A program made the translations under genes and the position numbers. A model generated the notes under the pieces. It was not told where the DNA came from, did not search any database, and was given only the letters and a program-made list of their open reading frames with translations. From Candidatus Eiseniibacteriota bacterium (lineage in GTDB: Bacteria > Eisenbacteria > RBG-16-71-46 > DASYSL01), in contig JANPEF010000082.1 in NCBI GenBank assembly GCA_031431875.1, positions 1 to 64,000 on the forward strand: a DNA stretch of 64,000 nt. The letters run 5' to 3'. Numbering within the stretch: position 1 is the first letter of the stretch; every line of letters starts with the position of its first letter. Shown piece by piece: positions 21,498 to 32,497 of the stretch.

Positions 21498-22919
21498 ATG
21501 ACCGATTTCCGCAGGACCACGGGGGGCACGGTCGCCCTCTCCACCGAACAACTCGACACGCTGCGCGCCTCGTTGCGCGGTCCACTCCTTCTCGCGGGCG
21601 ATGACGGCTACGACGCGGCGCGTGCGGTGTGGAATGCCATGATTGACCGCCGGCCCGCGGCGATCCTCCGCGCGCACGGCGCCGGGGACGTCATCCAGGC
21701 AGTGAACTTCGCCCGCACCCATGGTGTCCTGCTCGCGGTCAAGGGCGGCGGGCACAGCATCGCCGGCAAGGCGACGTGCGACGGCGGCCTCATGCTCGAC
21801 CTGTCCCTCATGCGCTCGGTGCGGGTCGAGCCGAAGAAGAAGCGGGCGCGTGTCGAGCCCGGCGCGCTGCTCTCCGACTTCGACCGCGAGACCCAGGCGT
21901 TCGGACTCTCGACCCCGACGGGCATCAACTCGACAACCGGGATGGCGGGTCTGACGCTGGGCGGCGGGTTCGGCTGGCAGAGTCGCAAGCGCGGCCTCAC
22001 CATCGACAACCTGATCGGCGTCGACATCGTGCTCGCCTCGGGTGAGCTGGTCGAGGCGAACGCGAAGCAGAACCCCGACCTGTTCTGGGCCGTGCGCGGC
22101 GGCGGCGGCAACTTCGGCGTCGTCACCTCGTTCGAGTATCGCCTGCACAAGCACGGGCCCGGGGTGTATGCCGGGCTCATCGTCTACCCGTTCGACCAGG
22201 CGCCCGCGGTGTTCGAGGGCTACCGCAAGTTCACCGCCGAGGCGTCCGAGGACATGACCGCGTGGCTCGTGCTACGCAAGGCGCCGCCGCTGCCGTTCCT
22301 GCCGGCGAAGGTGCACGGGAAGGAAGTCGTGGTCGTCGCGTTCTGCTGGATCGGGGCGCCGCGCCGGGGCAAGTCGATGGCCGCCCCGCTGCGCAAGTTC
22401 GGCAAGCCCGTCGGCGAGATGCTCGCCGTCATGCCTTTCGCCGGCTGGCAGACCGCGTTCGATCCGCTGCTCGAGCCGGGCGCTCGCAATTACTGGAAGT
22501 CGCACGACCTTCACAAGGTGACCGGCGACGTCGAGGGAATCCTGCTCGATGCCGTCGGCCGCCTGCCCACCGGCGAGTGCGAGGTGTTCGTCGGGCACCT
22601 GGGTGCTGCGGTCAATCGCGTGCCCATCGGCGACACGCCGTATCCGCATCGCGACATCGACTTCGTCGTCAACGTGCATACGCGCTGGCGCGAGGCGGCG
22701 GAGGACGCGGGCTGCATCGCCTGGGCGCGCGGGCTGTTCGACGCGCTCACCCCGCACGCGACCGGCGGCGTGTACGTCAATTTCATGCCCGAGGACGAAA
22801 CGCAGCGCGTCGCGGTGGGAGCCTACGGCCCGAACTACGCGCGCCTCGTCTCGCTGAAGTCGAAGTACGACCCGCAGAACCTGTTCAGCCTCAATCAGAA
22901 CATCCAACCGAAGGGCTGA
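21498..22919 (+). CDS. FAD-binding oxidoreductase (berberine-bridge/BBE family)
   Basis: RBS ggagga. WNAMIDRRP, KGGGHS, GLTLGGGFG, LFWAVRGGGGNFGVVT, YVNF, KYDPQNLF. Confidence 0.92.
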   Translation: MTDFRRTTGGTVALSTEQLDTLRASLRGPLLLAGDDGYDAARAVWNAMIDRRPAAILRAHGAGDVIQAVNFARTHGVLLAVKGGGHSIAGKATCDGGLMLDLSLMRSVRVEPKKKRARVEPGALLSDFDRETQAFGLSTPTGINSTTGMAGLTLGGGFGWQSRKRGLTIDNLIGVDIVLASGELVEANAKQNPDLFWAVRGGGGNFGVVTSFEYRLHKHGPGVYAGLIVYPFDQAPAVFEGYRKFTAEASEDMTAWLVLRKAPPLPFLPAKVHGKEVVVVAFCWIGAPRRGKSMAAPLRKFGKPVGEMLAVMPFAGWQTAFDPLLEPGARNYWKSHDLHKVTGDVEGILLDAVGRLPTGECEVFVGHLGAAVNRVPIGDTPYPHRDIDFVVNVHTRWREAAEDAGCIAWARGLFDALTPHATGGVYVNFMPEDETQRVAVGAYGPNYARLVSLKSKYDPQNLFSLNQNIQPKG

Positions 22920-22940
22920 GCCGACGCGAGGGCCGGTGCC

Positions 22941-23327
22941 ATGATCGACGAACTCCGTACCCATCTGCACTACGACGAGCCGCTGGCCGTCGAGTTCTAC
23001 GTCCTGCGGCACTACCGCCACCTGCTCACCGATGCCGAGCGCACCGCGTTGGACGCGGGCCTCGCGCGCTGGTGGGACCGCCTGCTCGAGCACATGCACG
23101 AGTGGGGAGCGCACGCCCGCGCGGCCACGGTCGCGCCGCCGTGGGAGCCGCTGCCGCTCGACCCGGCCCACGCCGAGCAGGCGCGCGCCGTCGTCGCCCG
23201 GTTGCGCGCGACGCATGGGGACGCGATCGCGATCGCCCGCTGTGCCGCTTGCCGGCGCGTGCTGCGCGACGCGGCGGTCGCGACGTGTCCGTGGTGCGGG
23301 GCGGCGGCGGGAGCCGGAGGGGCGTAG
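22941..23327 (+). CDS. Hypothetical protein with C-terminal zinc ribbon (CAAC..CPWC)
   Basis: 128-aa ORF filling the gap, with two CxxC pairs. Confidence 0.6.
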   Translation: MIDELRTHLHYDEPLAVEFYVLRHYRHLLTDAERTALDAGLARWWDRLLEHMHEWGAHARAATVAPPWEPLPLDPAHAEQARAVVARLRATHGDAIAIARCAACRRVLRDAAVATCPWCGAAAGAGGA

Positions 23328-23381
23328 GTCCCTGTGGTAGAATCGCTGCGCTCGGTGCGACCCCTTCTCCTGGAGGCTCCC

Positions 23382-25631
23382 TTGCTCGACTCTGAACTCC
23401 AGCCACGCCTGGCGCGCTCCTTCGGCGTGCTCCTCGCCCTCGCGGCCCTTGCCGCCTCGTCGCCCGCCCGCGCCCAACTCGATTGCCCGACGCCGCAGCT
23501 CATGGGGTCCCCGGTACCGGTGATCACGGGCCCGAATCCGATCTTCATGGCCTGCACTGACTTCGACAAGGATGGCGATCTCGACCTTGCCGTGACGAAC
23601 AGCGACTACGCCGGCGGTGGGTCGCAGGCCTCGGTGGCGGTCCTGCGCAACAACGGATTCGGTGCATTCACCCTCGACGCGACGTACCCCGTCGCGTCGA
23701 ACGCCTACGGTATCGTGGCCGGTGACTTCAACGAGGACGGCATCCTCGACCTCGCCGTGGCATGCCGGTCTGCGTCGCAGATCTGCATCCTGCGCGGACA
23801 GGGCGCCGGCGGCCTGGGCGACGGAACGTTTGCCCCGGCTATCGCGTACCCGGCCGGGGGGGGGCCGTTCCAGCTCGTGACGGGCGACTTCAACGGCGAC
23901 GGGAGTCTCGACCTGGCCGCATCCATCAACGATGCCGCACGCGTCGCGATCTACCGCGGCGCGGGCAACGGCACGATCGGCGCACCGCTCCTCGCGACGA
24001 TCGGCAACATCTCGACGGGGCTCGTCACCGGCGACTTCACCGGTGACGGCGTCCTCGACCTCGTCGCGACCGAGAACTACTTCGGGCGCATCGCGCTCCT
24101 GCGAGGCACGGGCACGAACGCGACCGTCAACGGCGGGTTTGCGCCGGCCGTCGCGTTTGCGGCGGGCGTCGAGCCGTTCGATCTCGAGGTGATCGACTTC
24201 AACGAGGACGGCATCCTCGACCTGGCGGTCGCGAATGGCAACCTCGGCGGGACCGTCGTCCTGCGCGGAGGAAGCAGCGGCGGCGTGGCGAACGGGACAT
24301 TCACGACTGTGGCCACGCTCGCCACCGGCACCACGGCCGGCATTGCCGCGCTCGATGCCAACGTGGATGGCATCCTCGATCTCGTAGCGGCCGAGAGCTT
24401 GCTGCCGTTCGGGCGTCGGCTCCACCTGTTGCTCGGTCAGGGCGCGGGAGGTGTGGGGAGTGGAACATTCGTTCCGGGAGCCGTCATCGGCCTGCCTTCC
24501 TTCCCGTACCAGGTGATCGCGGAGGACCTCAACGGCGACACGTTCGTCGACCTCGCGGTCACGGAGTACCAGTCCGACCGGATCGAGTTGTTGCGCGGAG
24601 GCTGCGGTGGCGCGCTACCCGATCCGCGCAGTCCCTACCTCACCGACGTGCGCGATGTCCCTGCCGACGAAGGCGGTCACGTCTACGTTACCTGGCTGCG
24701 CAGCGGGCTCGACGTGACGGGGGGCGCGGTGACTTCGTATCGCGTCTGGCAGCGCATCCCCGACGAACTGGCGCTGCCTGCTGGTGCGACGGCGACGTCC
24801 TCGGTGGAAGGCCCTGCGTTGCGCGAAGCCGGCGGCAAGCTCGAGCGGGTCGAGGCCGGTCCTGACGGTCGGCTGCTCGTCACCTTCTGGGAACACGTTG
24901 CCACGATTGCGGCGCAGCGGCTGGAGGGCTACGGCTACACGGCCACGACGAGCGAGGACTCGACCGCGGAGCGACCTGTCTCGACCGCGTTCTTCGTCAC
25001 GGCGGCGACCGCGAACATCGATGTCTTCTTCTCCTCGAACGTGGACAGCGGTGCGTCCATCGACAATCTCGCGCCGTCGGCGCCCGCGGGCCTCGCCCTG
25101 CTCGCCTCGAGTCCCGCCGGGCGCACGCTTCGCTGGGCGGCGAACCGCGAGCCGGACGTCGAGTTCTACCGCCTGGAGCGGGCGCCTTCGCCGGCATTCG
25201 TCCCGGGCGAGGTGGTCGTTCTCTCCACGCAGCCCGACACGGAATATGTCGACACGGACCTGTCGGTCGCGTCCTACCGGGTCGTCGCCCTCGATCACTC
25301 CCGCAACTCCAGTCCACCCTCGGCGATCGTCAATGCCGGATCCGTCGAGGTCGCGCCGACGTCGCGGCTCGCGCTCGCCGGCACGCACCCGCATCCCGCG
25401 CGCGCGGGCTCGCTGCGGATCGCCTTCTCGCTCGCCGATGGTGGGCCCGCCCGGCTCGAAGTGTTCGATGCCCGCGGTCGGCGGGTCGCCTCGCGTTCGC
25501 TCGACGGGCAGGGCGCGGGGGATCACGTCGTGAGCTTTGCAGGAGAACGACGGTTCGCGCCGGGGCTGTACTGGGCGCGCCTCACGCAGGCCGGGGCGAG
25601 CGCGGAGCGCAGGATCGTCGTCGTGGATTGA
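23382..25631 (+). CDS. Secreted FG-GAP/VCBS repeat protein with FN3-like and C-terminal FlgD/T9SS-like domain
   Basis: RBS ggagg before TTG. Signal peptide. Repeated DFNxDGxLDLAV. C-terminus EVFDARGRRV..APGLYWARL. Confidence 0.85.
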   Translation: MLDSELQPRLARSFGVLLALAALAASSPARAQLDCPTPQLMGSPVPVITGPNPIFMACTDFDKDGDLDLAVTNSDYAGGGSQASVAVLRNNGFGAFTLDATYPVASNAYGIVAGDFNEDGILDLAVACRSASQICILRGQGAGGLGDGTFAPAIAYPAGGGPFQLVTGDFNGDGSLDLAASINDAARVAIYRGAGNGTIGAPLLATIGNISTGLVTGDFTGDGVLDLVATENYFGRIALLRGTGTNATVNGGFAPAVAFAAGVEPFDLEVIDFNEDGILDLAVANGNLGGTVVLRGGSSGGVANGTFTTVATLATGTTAGIAALDANVDGILDLVAAESLLPFGRRLHLLLGQGAGGVGSGTFVPGAVIGLPSFPYQVIAEDLNGDTFVDLAVTEYQSDRIELLRGGCGGALPDPRSPYLTDVRDVPADEGGHVYVTWLRSGLDVTGGAVTSYRVWQRIPDELALPAGATATSSVEGPALREAGGKLERVEAGPDGRLLVTFWEHVATIAAQRLEGYGYTATTSEDSTAERPVSTAFFVTAATANIDVFFSSNVDSGASIDNLAPSAPAGLALLASSPAGRTLRWAANREPDVEFYRLERAPSPAFVPGEVVVLSTQPDTEYVDTDLSVASYRVVALDHSRNSSPPSAIVNAGSVEVAPTSRLALAGTHPHPARAGSLRIAFSLADGGPARLEVFDARGRRVASRSLDGQGAGDHVVSFAGERRFAPGLYWARLTQAGASAERRIVVVD

Positions 25632-25697
25632 GTTTCTGGTGCGCCGTCCACTCGCTGCCCGCGGAACCCGCCATGTTGCTTCGCAAGGGAGTGCCCC

Positions 25698-26369
25698 ATG
25701 ACCATACGCTCGATGTTGCACCCGCTCGCCCCCGTGCTTCTCATGTTCATGCTGATGACCTCCGCGTCCGTCGCTCGCGGCGCCGAGGAGGAGGCGGAGA
25801 GCCCGATGCAGCCCGGCGCCTGGGCAATTCAGTTCGGCATCGGCGACAACTTCGACCTGGAGTCGTTCTCGGGTGGAGCGTTGTCGGTCAAGCGCCACTC
25901 ATCGGCGAACTGTGCCTGGCGGGCCGGCGTCAATCTCTCCGCTTCGAGTCTCGGACGGGATACCTCGGTCGAGTTCGCGGACTCGACGACCCTGGAGGAG
26001 GAGGATTTCGACACCGAGTTCGCCGGAGTCGACCTCGACTGGCTCCGCTACTTCGGCGCCGGCACGACGGTACGCCCTTACTTCGGGTTCGGTCCGCGCG
26101 TCTCCTGGAGCCACGGCGGGTCATCCAACTCGGCACGGGAACGCGACCAGCACTCGTGGTCCGTTGGCGTGGGCGGACTGCTCGGCGCGGAGTACCGGGC
26201 CGCGTCCGCGATCGGGATCCACGCGGAATATCGCTACGCCCTCAGCTACACCTCGCGGACAGAGGAATTGCGCGCGGAACTCGATGTCCCTCCAGTCCTG
26301 CGATACGAGGACACGAGCTGGCAGCTATCGGGCGGCGGAGTGCGCTTCGGGCTGAGCGCCTACTTCTGA
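25698..26369 (+). CDS. Outer-membrane beta-barrel protein
   Basis: Signal peptide, alternating beta-strands (RPYFGFG, LGAEY), terminal FGLSAYF. Confidence 0.8.
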   Translation: MTIRSMLHPLAPVLLMFMLMTSASVARGAEEEAESPMQPGAWAIQFGIGDNFDLESFSGGALSVKRHSSANCAWRAGVNLSASSLGRDTSVEFADSTTLEEEDFDTEFAGVDLDWLRYFGAGTTVRPYFGFGPRVSWSHGGSSNSARERDQHSWSVGVGGLLGAEYRAASAIGIHAEYRYALSYTSRTEELRAELDVPPVLRYEDTSWQLSGGGVRFGLSAYF

Positions 26370-26399
26370 GTCCCGTGCGTCGAGGGCTTCGCGCCGGGG

Positions 26400-27929
26400 T
26401 CAGCCCTTCGCGGCAGGTCCCGGCGCCACTCGCCCGTAGGTGACGCCGAGGCCGCGCAGCCGCTCGGCGAGGCCGGCCGTATCCGCGAAGAAAGCCGCCG
26501 GCAACCGCCACGTCCAGTTGTCCGCGACCGTCCCCGGGAAGTTGATCCGCGCTTCGTCGCCCAGCCCGAGCAGGTCCTGCGGGGTCGTGATCGCGAGCCC
26601 CCCGACCGACCCCCACGCCATCCGGATCAGGTCCCATGGCACGCTGCCCGACGAAGGGCCGCGGTAGGCCTCGAAGTACGTCCGCTCCGCCGCCGGCGCG
26701 TGCGCGTGCCAGCCGGCCGACGTCGCGTTGTCGTGCGTGCCCGTGTAGACGACGCAGTTCGGGACGTGATGATGAGGCAGGAACGGGTTCGTCGGGTCGG
26801 TGAACGCGAACTGCAGGATGCGCATTCCCGGCAGGCCGAAGCGATCGCGCAAGGCGAACACGTCGGGCGTGATCTCGCCCAGGTCCTCGGCGATCAGCGG
26901 CAGCCCGGCGAGCCCGCGCTCGAGTGCGGTGAGGAAGGTGGCCCCCGGCCCGGGGACCCAGCGCCCGGACTCGGCGGTGACCGCGCCGGCGGGGACCTCC
27001 CAGTAGCCGGCGAAACCGCGGAAGTGGTCGAGCCGCACCAGGTCGACGAGCTTGAGCGCGGACTTCATGCGCGCGATCCACCACGCGTAGCCCTCGGCGG
27101 CGTGCGCTTCCCAGCGGTAGAGCGGGTTCCCCCAAAGCTGCCCCGTCTTCGCGAAGTAGTCCGGCGGCACGCCCGCGACGACGGCGGGGCGGCCCTCCGC
27201 ATCCAATTGGAAGAGTCGACGATGCGCCCACACGTCGGCGCTGTCGTGGGCGACGAAGATCGGCGTGTCGCCGATCAGCGAAACGCCGCGAACACGCGCG
27301 TGTGCCCGCAGCGCGGACCACTGGCGCGCGAACGCCCACTGACGGAACGCTTCGTGGCCGGTCGCGACGCGATGCTCGGCTCGCGCCGCGGTGATCGCCG
27401 CGGGGTGGGCGTCGCGCAGCGCCACCGGCCAGTCGACCCACGGGCCGCCGCCGTGCGCACGCTTGAGCGCGATGAACAGCGCGTAGGTGTCGAGCCACGC
27501 GGCCTCGCGCGTGCGAAAGGCGACGAAGTCGGCGGCGACCGCGGTGGTCGGGCCCGGCGTCGAGGCGACGAGCAGGCGATCGGCCGCGCGCACGAGCAGC
27601 GGCTCCTTCCACGCGTAGACACGCGCGAAGTCGATGGGGCCATCGCCGAACGCGGGAGCATCCGCCAGGTCGGCGGCGGTGAGCAGCCCGTCCGCGACCA
27701 GCGCTTCAGGCGAGATCAGGAGCGGGTTCCCGGCGAACGAGGAGAACGACTGGTAGGGCGAGTCGCGATACCCCGTGGGCCCCAGCGGCAGCACCTGCCA
27801 CCACGCGCATCCGGCCGCGGCGACGAAGTCGACCCAGCGATGTGCGGCCGGACCGAGGTCGCCGATGCCGTACGGACCGGGCAACGCGGTGGGATGGAGC
27901 AGGAGGCCGGCGGATCGACGGAGGCTCAT
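26400..27929 (-). CDS. malQ: 4-alpha-glucanotransferase (GH77)
   Basis: LLHPTALP, WQVLPLGP, SPYQSFSSFAGN, GQLWGNP, RLDHFRG, IAEDLG, YTGTHDN. Confidence 0.95.
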   Translation of the reverse strand: MSLRRSAGLLLHPTALPGPYGIGDLGPAAHRWVDFVAAAGCAWWQVLPLGPTGYRDSPYQSFSSFAGNPLLISPEALVADGLLTAADLADAPAFGDGPIDFARVYAWKEPLLVRAADRLLVASTPGPTTAVAADFVAFRTREAAWLDTYALFIALKRAHGGGPWVDWPVALRDAHPAAITAARAEHRVATGHEAFRQWAFARQWSALRAHARVRGVSLIGDTPIFVAHDSADVWAHRRLFQLDAEGRPAVVAGVPPDYFAKTGQLWGNPLYRWEAHAAEGYAWWIARMKSALKLVDLVRLDHFRGFAGYWEVPAGAVTAESGRWVPGPGATFLTALERGLAGLPLIAEDLGEITPDVFALRDRFGLPGMRILQFAFTDPTNPFLPHHHVPNCVVYTGTHDNATSAGWHAHAPAAERTYFEAYRGPSSGSVPWDLIRMAWGSVGGLAITTPQDLLGLGDEARINFPGTVADNWTWRLPAAFFADTAGLAERLRGLGVTYGRVAPGPAAKG

Positions 27930-27969
27930 GGGGACGCACGATACGGCATCGCGGCCCACGCGGGAATCG

Positions 27970-30580
<2,611 letters not shown>

Positions 30581-30603
30581 GCCCGTCACCCCGAGGAGTC
30601 CCG

Positions 30604-30945
30604 ATGTTCCGTTCCGTTCTCGCCGCCCTGCTCGTCGCGACGCCCGCGGCGGCGCAGACGCCCGGCGCCGGCTCGCCGATCGCCGCCTACCTGCCCTTCC
30701 TGCAGATCGGGCTCATCTTCGTGATCATGTACTTCCTCCTGATCCGTCCGCAGCAGAAGCGCCAGCAGGCGCTGGCTGCGCTGCAGGGCGGGCTCAAGAA
30801 GGGTGATCGGGTGGTCACGCAGTCCGGGATCATCGGCACCATCGCCGGCGTCGGCGACACGACGACGACGCTGCTGGTCGACAAGGACGTGAAGATCGAG
30901 TTCCAGCGCTCGGCGATCATCGGCCTCGTCGGCGACAAGAGCTAG
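30604..30945 (+). CDS. yajC: Preprotein translocase subunit YajC
   Basis: MYFLLIRPQQKRQ, LKKGDRVVT..GI.G. Follows tgt. Confidence 0.92.
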   Translation: MFRSVLAALLVATPAAAQTPGAGSPIAAYLPFLQIGLIFVIMYFLLIRPQQKRQQALAALQGGLKKGDRVVTQSGIIGTIAGVGDTTTTLLVDKDVKIEFQRSAIIGLVGDKS

Positions 30946-30955
30946 GCCCGCCGCG

Positions 30956-31501
30956 ATGCCTGTCCTCCCGCTGCGCATCTACGGCGATCCCGTCCTCCGG
31001 GCCAAGGCCAAGCCCTTGCTCGAGGTCACCGACGCGACGAGGCCGTTCGTGCTCGACATGTTCGACACCATGCTCGCCGAGGATGGTGTCGGCCTCGCCG
31101 CGCCGCAGGTCGGCGCGTCGCAGCGCCTGCTCGTGCTCGCCGTGCCGGTCAAGCGACACAAGCGGATCGACATGACGTTGATCAATCCCGAGATCGTGCG
31201 GGCCGAGGGCTGGGAGGTCGGAGAAGAGGGCTGTCTCTCCGTCCCCGGGGTGTACGACGAGGTGAAGCGCGCGTCCTCGATCGCGGTCAAGGCGCTCGAC
31301 GAATCCGGGAAGCCGGTCGAGTTCGACGCCGATGGATTCCTGGCGCGGGCGATCCAGCACGAACTCGATCACCTGAACGGCGTGCTGTTCGTCGACCGCC
31401 TCGGGATGCTGCAGAAGCGGATGCATCGCAACGAGCTCAAGGCGCTCGAAGAGGGGCGTACGCCGCAGGGCGGAGGCAAGCACGAGGGTCCGGCCCTGTA
31501 G
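30956..31501 (+). CDS. def: Peptide deformylase
   Basis: GVGLAAPQVG, EGCLSVP, QHELDHLNG. Confidence 0.96.
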   Translation: MPVLPLRIYGDPVLRAKAKPLLEVTDATRPFVLDMFDTMLAEDGVGLAAPQVGASQRLLVLAVPVKRHKRIDMTLINPEIVRAEGWEVGEEGCLSVPGVYDEVKRASSIAVKALDESGKPVEFDADGFLARAIQHELDHLNGVLFVDRLGMLQKRMHRNELKALEEGRTPQGGGKHEGPAL

Positions 31502-31519
31502 GGCCGCGCTCCCGCCGCC

Positions 31520-32497
31520 GTGCGTATCGTCTTTCTCGGAACACCCGAGTTCGCCGTGCCGTCGCTCGAGGCTCTCGCCGCGCGCTTCGACGTGGCGCTG
31601 GTCGTGGCGCAGCCGGATCGTCCGCGTGGTCGCGGACGCGAGATCGCCCCGCCGCCGGTCAAGGCGCGCGCATTCGAGCTGGGGCTGCCGGTGCTGCAAG
31701 TCGAGAAACCGAACCGCCCCGGCGTCGTCGCTGCGCTCACGGCCGTGCATGCCGACCTGTTCGTGGTGGTCGCCTACGGCGCGCTCCTCTCGCCTGTGCT
31801 CCTTGCGGCGCCGCGCCTTGGTTGCATCAACCTGCATGCGTCGTTGCTACCAGCCTACCGTGGCGCCTCGCCCATCCAGGCGGCGATCCTCGACGGGCGC
31901 ACGACGACAGGGAACACGACGATGTGGATGGCCGAGGGGCTGGACACCGGTGACGTGATCCTGTCGCGCGAGATCGCGATCGGTCCCGACGAGACCGCAG
32001 GCGAACTGTCGACGCGACTGGCGGTCGACGGCGCCGCGCTCCTCGTCGCGACGGTCGAGCAGATCGAAGCGGGGACCGCGCCGCGCACGCCGCAGGATGG
32101 GGCGGGTGTGACTCTGACGAAGAAGATCAGGAAGGACGACGGCGGGCTCGACTTCATGGCGCCGGCCGTCCGGGTTCACGACCGGGCACGGGCGATGACA
32201 CCGTGGCCGGGAGCCCAAGCAGTCTACGAAGGCACGTCGCTCCGCTTCGAGCGGACGCGCGTGGCGCCTGGTGCCGCGGACGGCACGGGTGAGAAGGACG
32301 CCGCCCCGGGGACGATCCTCGGGCCGGGCCCGGAAGGCGGGCTCGTGGTTGCATGCGGCGAAGGATGGCTCGAAGTGCTGCGGGTCCGGCCCGCGGGCAA
32401 GAACGAGATGAACGCGCTCGATTGGTGGCGCGGACTTCGCACGGGGACAGGCTCCGCCCCGCGCTTCAGCACCCCGAGCCGTGAGGAACAGAGATGA
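31520..32497 (+). CDS. fmt: Methionyl-tRNA formyltransferase
   Basis: FLGTPEFA, QPDRP.GRG, INLHASLLP.YRGASPI, GLDTG. Confidence 0.96.
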   Translation: MRIVFLGTPEFAVPSLEALAARFDVALVVAQPDRPRGRGREIAPPPVKARAFELGLPVLQVEKPNRPGVVAALTAVHADLFVVVAYGALLSPVLLAAPRLGCINLHASLLPAYRGASPIQAAILDGRTTTGNTTMWMAEGLDTGDVILSREIAIGPDETAGELSTRLAVDGAALLVATVEQIEAGTAPRTPQDGAGVTLTKKIRKDDGGLDFMAPAVRVHDRARAMTPWPGAQAVYEGTSLRFERTRVAPGAADGTGEKDAAPGTILGPGPEGGLVVACGEGWLEVLRVRPAGKNEMNALDWWRGLRTGTGSAPRFSTPSREEQR